A DNA stretch of 64,000 bases from Piromyces finnis finn (Eukaryota; Fungi; Neocallimastigomycota): NCBI GenBank assembly GCA_002104945.1, contig MCFH01000005.1, positions 806,001-870,000 on the forward strand. The letters are read 5' to 3'. This document shows, one piece after another, positions 60,727 through 64,000 of the stretch (position 1 is its first letter; each line of letters starts with the position of its first letter). Both the position numbers and the translations under genes were made by a program. The notes beneath the pieces are model-generated. The model worked only from the letters and a program-made list of their open reading frames with translations. It was not told the origin of the DNA and did not search any database.

Positions 60727-62405
60727 AAAATTAAAAATTGTATACTTTATAAAAAAATTAACTCCATTAATCCCTAACCCTTTAAATTCTAACCTATAAT
60801 CATAATAAAGAAATATTAATATTGTTTTATATACTCTTTTCATTACAATAAAACAACTTTTCATTGCATATATAAAAGTGTTGACATCATTATAAATATT
60901 TTTTAACAGCATTATTTTATTGTAGTAAAAAAAAGAATTCTAATTTTTTGTTAGTTTATTTATTATTTGATAATCAATAATGGTCAATATTTTTATCAAT
61001 AAATAATTATAAATACAGGCAAATGTCATGAAATAATTACAAAAATGCAATATTAAAATGTTATTTTTAAAACAGCAACAAATATGAAACTAACATGCTA
61101 TAATTTTTTTTAAAAAAAAACAACAAACAAAAAGAAATTGGTATCAAATAATAAAGTTTATCTCTTATTTTTCCTTCTTAAATTTTTTTTTTGTTTTATT
61201 AACAATACACTATAATATATCATAATAATAATAATAATAACAATAATAAAAAAAGAAATCCTTTTTTTATTATTTTTATAAAGAGGGAATATTTACTTTT
61301 TAATTTTACATTTTATAATAATATTTTTATTCTATATTAAATTATAATGAATATGTAAATGCTAAGTGTTTCCATCTTTTACTATCAATTATATACAATT
61401 ATATTATTAATATATTATTTATACTGGCTTTTAATTTATAAAAAATAATTTTTTTTCGTTTTTTTCTTTTTTATGAATTAAAAATAGTTCTATAGTTTGC
61501 AATGGAATAATTAAAAACTTTTTTTCTTTTTAAAACTATCCATATATTTTTTTATATTTATCAATATCAATATTTTAATATTTATTAAATAATAATAATT
61601 ATCATTATAATTTATTATCCCTTTAATTCAAAAAAAAAAAAAAAAAATTTCTAGTTAATACTTGTTAATTCTTAGTGTTTCTATACCTTTTTAATTTTTC
61701 TATATTCTTTTTTTATTATTTAGTTGTAATGTATATTTGTATTAACATTTAATTTTATTGGGTAACAAATACAGCAATATAAAATAAAATGTTAATCTAA
61801 TCCTAAAGAAAATAGAAATTTTATAATATTGGATGAAAGATTAAAATTTAAAGTTTTAAAAATTAATTAAAACAAAAGTTTTTATTTTTTTTGGATTAGT
61901 AAAAAGAAGATTAACTATAGATTAAATCAATACAATATAATATGTTGTTTTTACGATAGAAATTCATTTTATAGAAAGAAAAAATTTTCTTTTAAACCGA
62001 AGAATATTGTATATTGTCAAAACAAAAAAAAAAGTATAAAAACATAGTAAAAGTTTTCTTGTTTTTATTTTATTTTTTTTAATATCTATTATTCTTTTAT
62101 ATATAAATTGAAAATAATTTAATTAAAAAAAAAAAATTATACTAAATAATAATAAATTAAACTTTACTATTTATATCAAATAAAAAAAAATTTTTTTTAT
62201 TAAAGAAAAGAAATTTTAATTTATTTTTTTATTTCACTATAAATAAAAATTAAAAATTATATTCAGATATTTTCTCTTTACAAACAAAATTTAAAAAAAA
62301 TTTATATAAACGGATATATAAATTGCAGCAATAACGACAACAATAAAATAAAAAACATAAATAAAATATAATAATATTATATAATAAAAATATAAAATAA
62401 ACGCC

Positions 62406-64000
62406 ATGTCAAAGGTATTTTCTATTGGTATTGATTTAGGTACTACCTACTCCTGTGTTGGTGTTTGGCAAAATGATCGTGTTGAAATTATTCCAAATGA
62501 TCAAGGTAACCGTACTACACCATCTTTTGTTGCTTTCACTGATTCTGAACGTTTAATTGGTGATGCCGCTAAGAACCAAGCTGCTATGAATCCAACCAAC
62601 ACTGTATTTGATGCTAAACGTCTTATTGGTCGTCGTTTCACTGATAGTGAAGTCCAATCTGATATGAAGCACTGGCCTTTCAAGGTTATTGAAAAATCAA
62701 GTAAGCCATACATCCAAGTCCAATTCAAGGGTGAAACTAAGGATTTCACTGCTGAAGAAATTTCTTCTATGGTTCTTACTAAGATGAAAGATACTGCTGA
62801 AGCTTACTTAGGTGACAAGGTTTCTAATGCTGTTATCACTGTTCCAGCCTACTTCAATGATTCTCAACGTCAAGCCACTAAAGATGCTGGTCTTATTGCT
62901 GGTCTTAATGTTCTTCGTATCATTAACGAACCAACTGCTGCTGCTATTGCCTATGGTCTTGATAAGAAGACTGAAGGTGAAAAGAATGTTTTAATTTTCG
63001 ATCTTGGTGGTGGTACATTTGATGTTTCTCTTCTTACTATTGAAGATGGTATCTTTGAAGTTAAGGCTACTGCTGGTGATACTCACTTAGGTGGTGAAGA
63101 TTTCGATAACCGTCTTGTTAATCATTTCGTTCAAGAATTTAAGAGAAAATACAAGAAGGATATCTCAACTAATCCAAGATCTCTTCGTCGTCTTAGAACC
63201 GCTTGTGAACGTGCTAAGCGTACTCTTTCTTCTTCTACTCAAACATCTATTGAAATTGATTCCTTATATGAAGGTATTGATTTCTACACTTCCATTACTC
63301 GTGCTCGTTTTGAAGAACTTAACTCTGATTTATTCAGAAATGTTATTGAACCAGTCGATAAGGTTCTTACTGATTCTAAGTTAGATAAGTCTTCTATTCA
63401 TGAAATCGTCCTTGTTGGTGGTTCTACTCGTATTCCAAAAATTCAAAGTTTAGTTTCTCAATACTTTAATGGTAAGGAACCATCAAAGTCTATTAACCCA
63501 GATGAAGCTGTAGCTTATGGTGCTGCTGTTCAAGCTGCTATTCTTTCTGGTGAAACTTCTGAAAAGACTCAAGATTTACTTTTACTTGATGTTTCTCCAC
63601 TCTCTCTTGGTATTGAAACTGCTGGTGGTGTTATGACTACTTTAATTAAGCGTAATACTACTGTTCCAACCAAGAAGTCCAACATTTTCTCAACCTATGC
63701 TGATAATCAAACTGATGTCCTTATTCAAGTTTACGAAGGTGAACGTGCTCGTACTAAGGATAACAATTTATTAGGTAAATTCGAATTAAACGGAATTCCA
63801 CCAGCTCCACGTGGTGTTCCACAAATTGAAGTTACTTTTGATATTGATGCTAACGGTATCTTAAATGTTTCAGCTGTTGATAAGACTACTGGTAAATCTA
63901 ATAAGATTACTATTACCAATGATAAGGGTAGATTATCAAAGGAAGAAATTGATCGTATGGTCAATGAAGCTGAAAAATATAAGGCTGAAGATGCTGAAGT
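62406..64000 (+). CDS. HSP70: Cytosolic HSP70 (Ssa-type), 3' end outside window
   Basis: [101 protein letters not shown]. No signal peptide, no intron in window. Absent from the ORF track because it lacks a stop in the window. Confidence 0.97.
   Translation, partial: MSKVFSIGIDLGTTYSCVGVWQNDRVEIIPNDQGNRTTPSFVAFTDSERLIGDAAKNQAAMNPTNTVFDAKRLIGRRFTDSEVQSDMKHWPFKVIEKSSKPYIQVQFKGETKDFTAEEISSMVLTKMKDTAEAYLGDKVSNAVITVPAYFNDSQRQATKDAGLIAGLNVLRIINEPTAAAIAYGLDKKTEGEKNVLIFDLGGGTFDVSLLTIEDGIFEVKATAGDTHLGGEDFDNRLVNHFVQEFKRKYKKDISTNPRSLRRLRTACERAKRTLSSSTQTSIEIDSLYEGIDFYTSITRARFEELNSDLFRNVIEPVDKVLTDSKLDKSSIHEIVLVGGSTRIPKIQSLVSQYFNGKEPSKSINPDEAVAYGAAVQAAILSGETSEKTQDLLLLDVSPLSLGIETAGGVMTTLIKRNTTVPTKKSNIFSTYADNQTDVLIQVYEGERARTKDNNLLGKFELNGIPPAPRGVPQIEVTFDIDANGILNVSAVDKTTGKSNKITITNDKGRLSKEEIDRMVNEAEKYKAEDAE

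Noticed and set aside
61950-62010. Heat-shock elements upstream of HSP70
   Set aside because: Only imperfect nGAAn arrays, expected by chance in A/T-rich DNA.

Overview
Extremely AT-rich, intron-containing eukaryotic DNA. The low GC, long homopolymer and (AAT)n tracts, GH114 paralogs, Thr-rich secreted proteins and an intronless ankyrin gene point to an anaerobic gut fungus (Neocallimastigomycota); this is inference, not a database result. Genes I could reconstruct by hand: three GH114 glycoside hydrolases, RIB7, a WW-WW-MyTH4-RhoGAP (ARHGAP39/Vilse-like), a RING E3 ligase, RFT1, a UCS myosin chaperone (UNC-45/She4), a PAS-kinase-like kinase, a secreted M35 aspzincin protease on a long TKTIP stalk, EFM7, RRN7 with a giant Asn-rich tail, an ankyrin-repeat protein and a cytosolic HSP70 running off the right edge. 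Two signals not visible in the ORF track stand out. (1) A ~560-bp candidate tRNA-Ala(AGC)-derived SINE at 2925-3484 (minus strand) with tRNA-spaced head, oligo-A tail and an 8-bp flanking direct repeat. (2) A U12-type AT-AC minor-spliceosome intron at 19984-20093 in the RhoGAP gene. Also notable: two inverted GH114 paralogs share a 222-bp near-identical tract and, in an adjacent ~200-bp segment, differ only by replacement changes; the UCS protein keeps an animal-like TPR fragment. All exon structures are manual and unverified by transcript data.
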